Shown piece after piece: positions 10,502 to 20,631 of a DNA stretch of 41,037 bases. How positions within the stretch are numbered: position 1 is the stretch's first letter; the number at the start of each line of letters is the position of its first letter. The position numbers and the translations under genes were made by a program. The stretch is taken from positions 1-41,037 of the forward strand of contig NIVC01004596.1 of the NCBI GenBank assembly GCA_002269645.1. Reading direction: 5' to 3'. Under the pieces are notes generated by a model. That model did not search any database. It saw only the letters and a program-made list of their open reading frames with translations, and was not told the DNA's origin. The DNA comes from Macrostomum lignano (Eukaryota).

Positions 10502-12704
10502 CAACTGGCGAGAGAACCCAAAGGAGCCGAATTGTCATCGAAGTCTCAATCTACTTTAGCAACAACTAAAAATCACGTTGCTCGATTTAGGAAATTTCTT
10601 CGAGAGAAAAACCTGCCCGACGACATCGAGGTGATGCCACTTCGCTACTTAGACGGTTATTTGCGCCTCTGGTAGGTAAGTCTGCGACAGGGAAGCCTCT
10701 ATGGTCGCTGCGCTCCCCAGGAAAGGACACTAGTGGAAAATGCAACGTTTTTTCATTTCTATGGTTGATAACTTTTTAACTAAAAGTCATAGAAAGATGC
10801 GGTTTGCACTATTCAACGCAAAACATTCAGAACTTTAGGTCTCCAAGGTATTTTTCAAAAAACTTCCGTTTTGTTAGTGCGAGAAAAATACTTTACAACC
10901 CTTCAGGCCATGCAAACATATGAAATAAAAAATAAAATGGTTACCCTTAGGTGATAATTAAGCAAAAGAGAGTGAAATTAACTTACCCTACAGAGCAGAA
11001 AATTGCTGGGGCAAGCTGTATGAAAATAGCACTTTGTACGAGTATGACTCTATAAAACAAAAGCAAAGTCTACTAAGAGTATACATCAGAGCTATAGCTC
11101 ATTTCTCAGATAGTTTTGACTTCAAAATGTTTGTGCCTCATCCTCGCAGCGACGCATGGTACTCTCTCGCCGAGTCTGAACAGATGTCATTGTGGTAGGT
11201 CGCTTCTCAGGAACAGTTTCGATGAAGTAGGATGGCGCGTTTGGAAAGATGCTGGGTACGGCATCAGAAGTCAACCAACCATCGATTTTTCAGCTTCTTT
11301 GCTTGTCCATCTGCATATGCAAATGCGGAGCGCTTACGGCTGGAGTTGGAGTACTGAGAGTTTGTTACAAAGAACCTTTCCGAAAAATGCAGCGAGCAGA
11401 TCCGGTATTTGTGCTTTGGATCGCAGCGCAACGTCTCCAACTCTGCTGCTGTCCACTTTCGGGGAATTGCAGAGATCCATTTCCAGAAGCTCCGGCTGTG
11501 TACAGATTCTTTTTCCAGTTAGCAAGCTATGAAATACGAGAGGTGTTACAAAAGTTCGCGTACCAACTGCTCTAGCGAGAAATCGATAAGCAGCAGCATC
11601 ATTTCATATTCTATGCCATTCCCCTAAATTTTTGTATAGCGGAGTGGGGTGGGGTGGGTGAGTGTCCCTTCCTGGGGAGCTCAGCGACCATAGAGGCTTC
11701 CCTGTCTGCGAGCTAATCCTGCGCTTGGAACAAAGACCTATGCACCAGATATGATTAGTGGCTTTCGGGCTACTAGTGGCTTCACCGATTTGTAAAGGAG
11801 ACACGCGCCATTGATGTCATTGGCAACGAAGCATTCAGGCTGAGTAATGGAACATATTGCTGCGTTCTAAGAGTCAGTTTGTTGCCAGCTAAGAGAGCGA
11901 ACTTCGGGCGAGCAACCTGGATTCAAAGCGATCACGGAGTTGGACATGATCCTTCTGAAGCAATACTTTAATTGACGGGATCCAGGGCGGCTTCAGGATG
12001 AAGTATTCTTTAATATTGTCTATCATTTCGGGTTTTGAAGTCGTGAATGGGTTAGGGGCATGAAGGTGTCGTAACTAAAGTTCTCAGTGGTCAATGGTAC
12101 AAGGTACATTGATAAGATTCAAGCTGGTCCAGAGAAGACTATCACTGCCGAGGACCGTGGCAAATGCACGACAAGCAAGCAGATAAGAATATTCAGCAAA
12201 CAAAGCCCAAATTGTCCAGTGGCAGCGGTGGACCTGTAGCTCTCAAAGCTTCCACCAGGAATTGATGTTTTGTTTCCGAAGCCAATAAAGTTCAGGCCTG
12301 ATTCTGCTATTTTGGTATTCACCCAAGCAGGTTCTTGGAAAAAACACGCTATTCGACATGATGAAGAGAATCTCAAAACGCGCTGGTCTGCAGCTTCAAT
12401 ACACCAACCATTGCATTCGTGCAACAGTCGTAACTAACCTGACGGAAGCCGAACACAGTCTGCAGGAGATCAAATCCGTAACAGGTACGTCGTATTGTTA
12501 TGCATAGAATTATCTCATCTCAAGGTACATATAGATTTTCAAATCTATCACCATTTCACAGGGCATGGGAGCGACGCGGCTGTGGAGCGCTATGTCAGCA
12601 GAATTTCTGAGAAGCGGAAGCAAAACATTTCCGACTCGCTTTGCATCGCTCTAAATGGAGATTCCCTGTCAGATGCTGCCTCCTCATTAAAAAGCCATCA
12701 TTAA
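10502..12704 (+). mobile_element. Crypton-type tyrosine recombinase transposon relic with a spliceosomal intron (12485-12561)
   Basis: TTKNHVARFRKFLREKNLPDDIEVMPLRYLDGYLRLW, then after the insertion TYAPDMISGFRA, LQDEVFFNIVYHFGF*SRE (TGA at 12036-12038 at the catalytic Arg position), CPVAAV, LGKNTLFDMMKRISKRAGLQLQYTNHCIRAT (HxxR at 12409-12420) and, across a GT-AG intron, VTGHGSDAAVERY (His 12564, Tyr 12591). Several stops and frameshifts. Confidence 0.85.
10688..11704. mobile_element. Non-autonomous TIR DNA transposon inserted into the Crypton ORF
   Basis: 44-bp TIRs CAGGGAAGCCTCTATGGTCGCTG... (10688-10731 and 11661-11704, 2 mismatches). TCTGCGA is duplicated at 10681-10687 and 11705-11711. 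Removing the element restores the local Crypton frame (VSLR|ANPALG). Confidence 0.88.
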
Positions 12705-13010
12705 CTAACGCGGAGAAGCCAATCGCCGTGCTTGAAAAGGATGATGTGCGACTCAGCTTCTACTTTTAACAATAACGCCTTTTGGCATAGCAACAGCAAA
12801 CTAACTGCTTTTGTTTATAAATTTTCTTTTGTTATTATGCTGATTTATACTGTTATAATTATACTGTTAAAATTATATTTTTTCTACACTTGATAAAAAA
12901 TGTCATAGACTAAAATCACAGGCAGACACTGACGACTCCGAGGGCCGTGCGGCCCGCAAAATCGTGGGACAACACAGTTCTGCTTTGGATTTCCGGGTAG
13001 GAATGATATA

Positions 13011-13219
13011 TTCCTGCACGGTCACGAGTGCGGGAATGACATCTGCACGAGTGCGCGCTAGCGCACGAGTGCACGATGTCCTTCACGCACGAGTGAACGT
13101 GAAGGAATTCCATTGTCGGATGATTCATCGTGCAGGAATGCACAAAACCGTGCAGGAATGCATTTCTGCGCCTAATGCTTTTTCAGTGAGATTTTACCAT
13201 AGACATCCATTCCTGCACG
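13011..13219. repeat. Imperfect palindrome plus array of CACGAGTG and CGTGCAGGAAT motifs downstream of the Crypton ORF
   Basis: Hairpin 13011-13107 centred on GCGCTAGCGC with four direct CACGAGTG copies (13023, 13046, 13064, 13088). CGTGCAGGAATG occurs at 13129 and 13149 and inverted at 13208. Confidence 0.75.
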
Positions 13220-13619
13220 CAAAACAGTGCAAGAATGCCATTCTTGCATGGAAAATCAGCCGACAATGAGGCGGACGATCATCGGTCTGCTTCGTAGAAC
13301 TCGTATTCCACTCATTCTTACCCTCAAATTTATAGACAGAACCATTAGTTCTATGGCAGGAGAAAATGCTTGTGGTGTTCGTTCCCAATTTGCCCGATAT
13401 GTTGAACAATTTGCACGATATATTTTGCGGCTTAAGGCAGGAAACAGCGTCGCAGTGTGTAACCTTCTGCTGACACTTTAAAGAAGTGCGGAAGTAGCGC
13501 CTCTGTCTGCGTGAAAAGGATGGACGAGCTGACCATCCCCAAACATGATCCGTGACCAACGCACTGGCGCTGGCGAGGAGTGGGTTTAGCCCAAGACTAA
13601 CGCCTGTCCTGTTACTAGC

Positions 13620-13765
13620 ATGGAAAGGTGTCTCCCTTCTTGGAAGGTTGTGTATCCATACTTGAAACGCTGTGTCTCTGTCCTTAAAAAGGTGTGTCTC
13701 TGTCCTTGGAAGTCTGTGTCTCCCTCCGTGGAAGGGTGTCTCCCTCCTTGGGAGGGGTGCCCGTC
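13620..13765. repeat. Degenerate tandem repeat of about 21 bp
   Basis: Recurrent GTGTCTC(C/T)(C/G)TCCTTGGAAG-like units. Confidence 0.5.
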
Positions 13766-14750
13766 TTTTTAGTCGTTTTCTCGTTTCTGGTGTGCGGAAG
13801 AAGTTTTAAGTAACATTACTAGATTCGATATGCGTTATTGTTGTTCTCATTGGGGGGGGGGCATAAACATGTTTTTGGGTTCTTCCTGGACTAATAGTTT
13901 ATAGGAATTATCTGCAGTTGTTACCTGTCCGCCTGAGTAGCAATCAACGGGTTGCAATAGGGGTCTCGAATCCTAATCTCGGCAGTGTTATAAAAAAAGT
14001 AGCTTCCGTTGAAACGTGTTGAAAGCGTTTTTAAGGGCGCACTTCCTTAAAAATGAAAAAATAACGGAGTAACATAAAGAAATAATTGTAGTAGAAATAA
14101 ATAATAGTATAAATAACAAAAAGCGTCGATCCGTTACTCCGTTACTCTTTACAGATCAGTAAAGGATAGTTTGAGAAAAAGGTGTGAAAAATCCGGTAGA
14201 GAATCTGTAGAAGAAATAACAAAAGTTAAAGAGCGTATTCCTATTTAGCCTCTTAATGTGCTCTCGTAGCCCAGCCAAATTTGACACTCTCACTGGGTCT
14301 TGAGGGGTGACGTGAGCAGCCTATTTAAAACAAAGGTTTCATACTGTTTCATAACCAAGAAATGCTTTGCTACGAGGGTAAAATTTAAACTGTTTAACTG
14401 AATTGCCCGAAAAGAACACGCACTGTAAGGGTTTTTCTTATCTAGCGAACAATTAGAGGCAGTAAGGGCAATCTCAAAAATGGAGTAGATTGAGAATTCG
14501 GGACAGATGCAGACAGAGAAGAGACTGTGTAGAAAATTCCAGCCGACACGAGCGAATGGACATCACTGGGCACGTTTAGCCTTGGCTGAGAACAAGAATG
14601 CAAACTCTATCCAGACACAGACAGGGTAGATAAAACTAGCACTGCTGTTTTACCTCTCCGAATGAGAACTCGTGCAAGGCATGGACAATAAAGAATAACC
14701 TCTAAGAATGCGGCCAATTTTTTCACACTAGCTCGATTTCGCTCGCACTA

Positions 14751-17022
14751 ATGCCGAAAAGCCACCCAGAAAGCAATGATGCTAAGCGTAGTGCAATTGA
14801 AAAGAAAGCGCAAGAAATCAACGCTGTTATCGATGGCATCGGATTTGGTCGTTTTCAGGTGACAAAAGCTTGGCTTTTACTGAAAAACTTGTAGTAAGCG
14901 AATATTAGACTTCAGTGAGCAGTTAGTCTGTCAGTCAGTCAGTCAGTCAGTCAGTCAGTCAGTCAGTCAGTCAGTCAGTCAGTCAGTCAGTCAGTCAGTC
15001 AGTCAGTCAGTCAGTCAGTCAGTCAGTCAGTCAGTCAGTCAGTCAGTCAGTCAGTCAGTCAGTCAGTCAGTCAGTCAGTCAGTCAGTCAGTCAGTCAGTC
15101 AGTCAGTCAGTCAGTCGATCATTTCTGACGCGTTAATTCTATAAACGGTAAAAACTTCTCATCCCCAGGTAATCGTGATCATATTGTGCGGCCTGATACA
15201 GGCTTGCAGCACGATGCAGATCCAGTACGCCACCTTTGTCGGCCAGCAGCTACAGTGCGTCTGGCGGATTAACGACTTCTGGAAATCTTGCATGACCTCG
15301 GCTACCTTTATCGGCATGCTTGCTGGCGCCTACCTTTGGGGCCCGCTCGGTGACAAACTCTGTCGTCGCTCTGTCGACGGAATCTGCATGGGCTGCATCG
15401 TTTTCTACGGTTGCCTGACGTCTCTGGCCCCAAACATTATCTGGATGGTCGTGCTCCGGTTCCTGGTCGGAGTTGGCGTGGGAGGCGCCCAACCGCTCAC
15501 TGAGTCCTTGCTCGGCGAGTTCATGACCACGCATCAGCGGGGCCCGGCTTGGTTTGCGTATCAGGTGACAAATCTACTGATACTTATCATTTACTTTATA
15601 ATTAATAGGCACATCACAAACAAATGTAAAAATATCCGAATACTACGTGCATGACAGACACTCTGGTGTTTCGGCTCCCTATCAGAAATTGGCATGGCAT
15701 GGGTTCTGCTTGCGCTGCCTCAGGGCTGGTGCTACCTGGCCGTGGTCACAGCTCTGCCATTGTTACTCTTAACCTTTCCCTGGCTACTTTGGCTTCCTGT
15801 ATCGCCCAGACAGACTCTGCTTCAAGTAATACGCTCGAGTGTTTAAATATTCTCATTATTTTTTTAATATCTGTTTATATGACCAACAGAACATCGCATG
15901 CCTAATAATTTACAGGGTCGAATTGAAGAAACTCGTCAAGCGCTGAATAAAATTACGGATACAAATTCCCAGCCTCGATACCATGGTGACTTCTCAGTCT
16001 CAGACTGGCAACCTACCGAGGTGCGAGGCAGCGTCATAGAGCTGTTCCGACAACAACAATTCTTGCGGATGAGTCTGCAGCTTGCAGTCATTGCATTTGC
16101 CGCTGGGTTCAACTACTACGGCACAGTTCTGTTGAATGTGCAGGTGCCACTACTGCTGCAAGAACAGTGTGCAGCACCCAGTAACACCACAAAAATATCG
16201 ATTATCTATGTTAAAGCTCTTTCTGAGCGCACCTGCTACAAATGCGATCCTATTCGCTACTTCGAGCTGCTGGTAAGCTTGATACGAAGCTTAAGTTTTG
16301 TTCTGCTCAAGGCCTGAAAATTTTATTTGCCTAATAAATTTAAGATCCCAACTCTGGCCGATCTTGCTACGGCAATTTTAAACGCGTTCTTCATCGAACG
16401 CTCCTTCGGCCGTCGGCTCACCATGACGGTTGCTTTCAGCGCTGCCTCAGTCCTAATCCCTCTGCTGGCCTTCTGCATGCACAGCGCCGTCAGAATCGCT
16501 TTGTTCTTCGCCATCCGTTTCGCAATAACCAGCGGGTACCAAACGATCTGGCTGTACGTTCTCGAGGCCTATCCGACTTCTCTCCGATCGACAGCCTCAG
16601 CATTTCTCTCGTCGTTTAGCCGCATCGCGTCGGTTCTGATGCCGTTCGTGGCCCAAATGTTCATCATTCGCGTGTCGCTTCTGGGCGGGCTGTTCATCTT
16701 CTCGGGCATTGTGGCGCTGGCTGCCGTCAGCGCCGCTCTGCTGCCCATCGAGACCAAGGACAGACCCCTGGAGCAGATGGCACATCATGAAGAGGTGACG
16801 TATGCATAAATTTCCAGAGGCTTGCTAAATTAGGAAGAAGATTTCTTTCATTGTTTCCTTTATAATTTCTTCATTTTCAAATAGTCATATTTACAAGCCA
16901 TGTGTTTTTAGGTCGCTGCGAAGCACTCCGGGGAGGACCTACCGGTGAAGACGAAGATTCACGAAACGATACCTTTGCAGTCAGACTATGGCAGTGTAGA
17001 GTCATCGATCAAGACTAAATGA
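14751..17022 (+). CDS. SVOP/SV2-related MFS transporter, paralog 2 (complete, 529 aa)
   Basis: Six GT-AG exons 14751-14858, 15169-15564, 15658-15825, 15916-16272, 16345-16794 and 16912-17022 total 1590 nt and are open from ATG to TGA. Motifs include EINAVIDGIGFGRFQ, WGPLGDKLCRRS, LPVSPRQ, IERSFGRR, YVLEAYPTSLRST and LPIETK. Confidence 0.93.
14930..15116. repeat. (TCAG)n microsatellite in intron 1 of paralog 2
   Basis: About 46 uninterrupted TCAG units. Confidence 0.98.
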
Positions 17023-17192
17023 ATTTTGTGTTTCCTACGAACTAAAATTCCCAGTTTTGCTTTAACTGCTGATATTTTAAAGCAATACATGATTTAGATT
17101 ATGCGTATCGCGGGTAGTTCGTAAATACTTTATTTTTGTTTCATGGTTGTCGGAAAGTATGACTTTTCTGCTTAGTTTTCAATCGTTTATAC

Positions 17193-17493
17193 ATAGCTTT
17201 TTGCGATTGAATTCAGCCAAACTGCAAAACCTTTCAGTCAATGGAGATTTTGCCTTCACTTCAGCTGTTTCTACCATAGACTATTTAGGACACACCGGTT
17301 AGCTGTGTGAGAAAATCACTGACTGAAAGTCTTGGCTGAAAGGTTTTTCAGTTTGGCTGAATTCATTTACAGGAGCGGGACAGCTAGCCGGTGTGTCCTA
17401 AATAGTCTATGGTAGAAGCCGCCGAAGTGAAGGCAAAATCTCCATTGGCTGAGAGGTTTTTCAGTTTGGCTGAATTCAATCGCAAAAAGCTAT
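17193..17493. mobile_element. Foldback/MITE-like palindrome
   Basis: Inverted arms of about 115 bp (ATAGCTTTTTGCGATTGAATTCAGCC...GGACACACCGG at about 17193-17308 and 17377-17493). A TA TSD is possible. The loop repeats part of the right arm. Confidence 0.8.
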
Positions 17494-18855
17494 ATTATTT
17501 GTCGTTGTTTCTATGTCGCGCGTGTATTTATTTATTTCCCTCGGTGAATAGATAATTTATTTCCTAATTATTTCTATTGTCTTGCGGGCTCAATACAAAG
17601 GAACACATGCAGACCATAGACTAACAAAAACTAACAGAAAGCATGTATTTATTTCTTTGTTCTTCCTAGTGTGTAGTACGGGTATGTGCGTTGCTTAGGT
17701 CTTATATTTCCAACGCCATAGACAATGAATGCTACTAATTAGTAACTAAATTTGTTCTGCTGTGCAGTCACAGCAAGTAGCAGTCACATATTGAGGCACA
17801 TGTCTGTCATGAGTTTTGATCGGGATCTGTGCCACTTAATTTGTAGGTTTGAGCTCCATGCTTTAGTTAGAGAGCAAAACTGTGGGATACCTAATTTAGG
17901 GCTCACGCACCTGGTCGAGAGCCTTGACCAAAACTAAAACAACACAAATGCGCTGCAACTTCACCGCTTATACCAGTACATGCATCAGTCCTATATTTTG
18001 AGGCATTTCAACGAGACAAGAAATTTTATTCTTGACAATCCGAGGGTTCTCTATTTTTAGAATTCTTCTGAAACGTTACTACAGTGCTTTTTGCGCCCCG
18101 ATTAATTTAATAGGCCCTAATGGGAATTCAGAAGCTGCCGAAGTTCTGTCACTGCGTGAAAACTTTGTCGAGAAAGTTGAAGATGAATGACAGTGACATT
18201 ATCGCTTGTCATTTTTCTAGCAATTACAGCGACAAATCAGTTTGTATTGTCCCTTGTAGCCTATATGCAATATAAACAGATTCAAACTGATATAACGATA
18301 TAAAATATCAACAGTTCGATAGCATAGGCTCCTAGCGTATTCTTAAGCTTAGCGACGAAGATAATTAAAATAAAGAAGAATTCTATAAGGCGTGTACAAT
18401 GATTTTGATTTTGTAAAAATACTCTTCGTTCTCTTGTGCAACGAATGTATATAGCTAATTGGATAGTGCAGAGTACATGTGACAGCATACAGAATATACT
18501 CTGCGTTAAACAATTAAACAAGATGCATTGTGCCATTCATTCATTCGAAATAAGGTTCGCCCCAAGCTTTAGTTAGAGAGCAAAACTGTGAGAGGGTCAA
18601 ACTGAGAGAGGGTCAAATATAATAGCCCGTAATAAACTTCTCACAAGGGAGACAATTCAGCATTCACGTGAAATAAGTTCGTACACGGGCCCGAACAGCA
18701 TCTGGCACGTTTTACATCTGGCAGCATGGCTAGGATAATGGCATGCTCAGCATGAGACTAAGTAGCTATATACAGCTAGGTTGTATGCATCGCAATATGT
18801 ATGCAGCTCTTAAAAAAATTCCAAAGCGGCAAGCAGTGCATCAGAGGCCGGGCCA

Positions 18856-19640
18856 ATGGAGATCAACGCTGTTATTGACGGATTTATTTATAGGTTTTTA
18901 TATTTTATATTATTTTTACCTTAGAATAACAACCTTACCTATAAGATCGATGTAGTCATACATTACATGGAACTTTTTGTTATAACTACGCTCGTAGACA
19001 TTTAGACATTTTATGCGTGCATTCTATCCAATATAAATTTTTAAATGCTATCACAAGTGAATTCTTGCTTGGAATGTTTTGCTTGCCGAGTGCGTTATTT
19101 AGCATACATGTAGTTTATTCATCGACGATTCATTGCTAGGAATTGACTGTCGAAATAGCATAAACGTAAACTTAACTCAATCCTAAACCCGAAAGTTTTG
19201 TTCTTCCTTCATCACCAATATAGCTATAACAATTGTCTTCTTACAGATAGCCGTAACCATCCTATGCGGCGCTGTAATGGCTTGCGACAAGATGCAGATC
19301 CAGTACGTCAGCATGATCGGCCAGCAGCTGCAGTGCGTTTGGGGGATTAGCGACTTGTGGAAATCGTTAATAACTTCGATTACTTTTCTAGGAATGCTTG
19401 CAGGAGGCTACACATGGGGACCGCTTGCCGATAAATTCTGTCGGCGCTCCGTTTCCGCGATCTGTGTGGGCTACGTTTTCGTTTACGGCAGTCTGACAGC
19501 TCTGGCGCCCAATGTGATCTGGGAGGTGCTGTTTCGCTTTCTGGTCGGCATGGGCGTCGGCGGCGCTCAACCGATAATCGAAGCAAATCGGCGAGTTCAT
19601 GACCACAAATCGGCGAGGCTCTTCTTGGTTTGCTATACAG
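18856..19640 (+). pseudogene. SVOP-like MFS paralog 3 (truncated pseudogene)
   Basis: Exon-1 remnant MEINAVIDG at 18856 lacks the GFGRFQ|GT end. Exon 2 (19247-19640) is 394 nt with a 2-nt deletion at about 19586-19589 (QPIIEA..GEFMT). No later exons were found before paralog 4. Confidence 0.85.
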
Positions 19641-20631
19641 GTGAAGCCATGGTAAAATTGATTTGGAGTATTTCAGAACTACGTGTAACGTTGCTACGTT
19701 ACTTATGCAACAAATGAAAGTGTGTTGTGGTGTTAGCGATCGATCGATCACGTCTATAGGCTATAAATAGCCAATGCTGAATTTAAATGAAAAGACTTGA
19801 CTGGAGTTTCCGAAATAGTAGATAATCTTCTGTCGAGGTGCGAGTATTTTATTATTGGCTGACAATAATTTCGGTACTTACATCTTCAAAAAGTCAATTC
19901 AAGGGTATTACAATTTGAATTGGTATATATATAATGTCAAGAGAATATTAATAAGAAATAATAAGCAATGTCAATTAAAACAAAAGAAGTATGCACAAAA
20001 TGTACTATAAGACCGATCCATAAATGTATTCTGAAAAAGAGTCGCATTTACGAGCAACTATTCAAATAAACCAAAAGCAAATATTCGAGATCGAAGTAAA
20101 TATTCAAATGAAATCGTTACACTACGTATGAATTTAGGGAACCACACAGATGCTTGCTACTGTAAGTACTTTTGTGCCGTTTAAAAATCTTCGAAAACAG
20201 TTTGCAAAGATCCGCCACTTTTGAGCAGTCGCCCAGACAGGATTATTAAATAGGAGCTGCTAGAAACTACTTAGGTTAATTGAAAGATTCTGGATAGGCA
20301 AGTGACAGTGAGGTGGGCTAACTACTGCTGCGCGTGTGCTAATGCTGGTGCAGTTTCAGCAATAGGAACAGAAACAGACTGGGCTAGAGAGGCCGTCTGC
20401 ACGTGTAGAAGCGGTGTGTAGGAGAACGAGGCACAGAAGCTAGACACGTTTGCAGTTGCAGGCGTTTTGTGCGTGCCTGTAACCAACCAATGAGCACAGT
20501 AAACCGCCACCCGCAAGATAAAAGAAGCTGTTTAAATACAAGCTGCTAACAGTGGGAGAACAAATAGGTTGTAGAAATTATGTACTCAGTCATTTTGTGC
20601 TTTGCATCAAGTTGTGCGTCAAGAGATTTCA

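Noticed and set aside
11116-11575. ORFs inside the TIR element as a transposase
   Set aside because: No DDE or DNA-binding motif recognised in any frame; left unassigned.
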